From contig JAUQYZ020000063.1 in assembly GCA_030587475.2 (NCBI GenBank), positions 1 through 16,926 of the forward strand: a DNA stretch of 16,926 nt. Reading direction: 5' to 3'. Shown here piece by piece: positions 16,164 through 16,926 of the stretch. The translations under genes were made by a program, and so were the position numbers. Source of the stretch: Candidatus Sigynarchaeum calidifontis (lineage in GTDB: Archaea > Asgardarchaeota > Lokiarchaeia > Sigyniarchaeales > Sigyniarchaeaceae). Every line of letters begins with the position of its first letter. Position 1 is the stretch's first letter. Under the pieces are notes generated by a model. It did no database searches and was not told the origin of the DNA. It saw only the letters and a program-made list of their open reading frames with translations.

Positions 16164-16577
16164 TTATTTATCGCCCGTCACCTTTTTCAAGAATGACTCG
16201 ATGATTTCGATCCAATCAACGAGAACCCTCTTCAATTCCCCGAGGGAATCGAGTACAATTGCATCGTCGACGCCGTTATATCGATGCACGAGGATGTTCC
16301 GCATGCCATTTGCAAGCTTGAGCCGTTCCCCTTGTTCCTTGCTCATCTTGAACATCTCGATAGCTTTATCGATGTTATAAGCGTCTTCCATGATTTCAAT
16401 ACCTATATCCTTCAATGCCATCGCGATCATATCGATGATTCCCTCGATACTGGTCTGAACAGTATAGAAGAGCCCACGTTTCTCGAGCTCGTTTTTCGGA
16501 ACGGTATCGAAGTAATGCAAGTTTTCGGTGATGTAGTTGATCTTGTCCCGATACCGTTTCTCTCTGAGCTGATCCAT
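16164..16577 (-). CDS. hepT: HEPN-domain (DUF86/HepT-like) RNase toxin
   Basis: GMRNILVHRYNGVD is the Rx4HxY motif. 137 aa. An AT-rich TATA-like element lies about 30 bp upstream (16607-16616). Confidence 0.92.
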   Translation of the reverse strand: MDQLREKRYRDKINYITENLHYFDTVPKNELEKRGLFYTVQTSIEGIIDMIAMALKDIGIEIMEDAYNIDKAIEMFKMSKEQGERLKLANGMRNILVHRYNGVDDAIVLDSLGELKRVLVDWIEIIESFLKKVTGDK

Positions 16578-16628
16578 CGGTGAATAGTTGATGAATGCCG
16601 GGTGAAATAAATATAACGAGCCGTATAG

Positions 16629-16733
16629 TTCTTGCTAATCATTCCTTATTGGTCGACTGATCGCTCATTGCAAAAAAGCAAAGCCAGTATCGGTTCATCT
16701 TCAGCCTTCGATGAATCACATGGAACGACCACC
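16629..16733. repeat. Diverged non-coding direct repeat, copy 2
   Basis: See copy 1 at 15490-15613. Confidence 0.85.
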
Positions 16734-16926
16734 GACGAGCCCCCGGGTGCACGTCATCGCCCAGAGCCACATCGACCTCGCCTGGCTCTGGCGCTGGGAG
16801 CCGGAGACCGTGCACGTGTGCTGCAAGGCCACCTTCGGGCAAGCAATCGCCAACCTCGACGCCTATCCTGATTACGTGTTCTCGCCTGCCATCATCACTC
16901 ACGTCGTTGGCAACATTTTCCAGGTG
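16711..16926 (+). CDS. GH38 alpha-mannosidase N-terminal region (runs off the window; may be a fragment)
   Basis: This ORF is not in the ORF track. It reads MNHMERPPTSPRVHVIAQSHIDLAWLWRWEPETVHVCCKATFGQAIANLDAYPDYVFS..., with the GH38 zinc-binding SHID.AWLW motif and the ET...TF..A..L...YP.Y.F pattern. Confidence 0.8.
   Translation, partial: MNHMERPPTSPRVHVIAQSHIDLAWLWRWEPETVHVCCKATFGQAIANLDAYPDYVFSPAIITHVVGNIFQV

Noticed and set aside
15490-16733. Canonical integron attC sites or IS terminal inverted repeats
   Set aside because: I could not identify paired RYYYAAC/GTTRRRY ends or terminal inverted repeats, and there is no integrase or transposase in the window. Kept only as an unexplained direct repeat.
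16632-16902. ORFs 16632..16871 (+) and 16639..16902 (-)
   Set aside because: They overlap the GH38 frame and the non-coding repeat. The two repeat copies do not preserve a reading frame (19-bp indel).

Overview
Archaeal-type genomic window. It is most consistent with an Asgard archaeon (Lokiarchaeia-like). This is inferred from the archaeal cdhA, TATA-box promoters, oligo-T terminators, a standalone SCP2 protein, a double zinc-ribbon protein and a PCI-like/coat-appendage-like protein. The region 1-13560 holds mostly intact, functionally unrelated genes. In order: a 5'-truncated protein with a PCI-like winged helix plus a beta-COP/adaptin appendage-like domain, a membrane-anchored M28 glutaminyl-cyclase-like enzyme, a polyferredoxin-like Fe-S protein, a TIGR00300 ornithine cyclodeaminase-like protein, an SCP2 protein, a decayed membrane-protein gene, ZupT preceded by tandem DtxR/MntR-type operators, a GH106-like glycosidase, a double zinc-ribbon protein, and an orphan CdhA. 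The region 13700-16926 looks like an accessory or plasticity zone. It contains gene fragments, a Uma2-like nuclease with heptad repeats, an addiction-module antitoxin remnant, a HEPN-MNT toxin-antitoxin pair and the start of a GH38 alpha-mannosidase. The main findings are (i) the PCI-like/coatomer-appendage-like fusion protein and (ii) an unannotated, diverged ~105-bp non-coding direct repeat (15490-15613 and 16629-16733) that brackets the toxin-antitoxin cassette. All homology calls come from motif recognition by eye, with no database searches.
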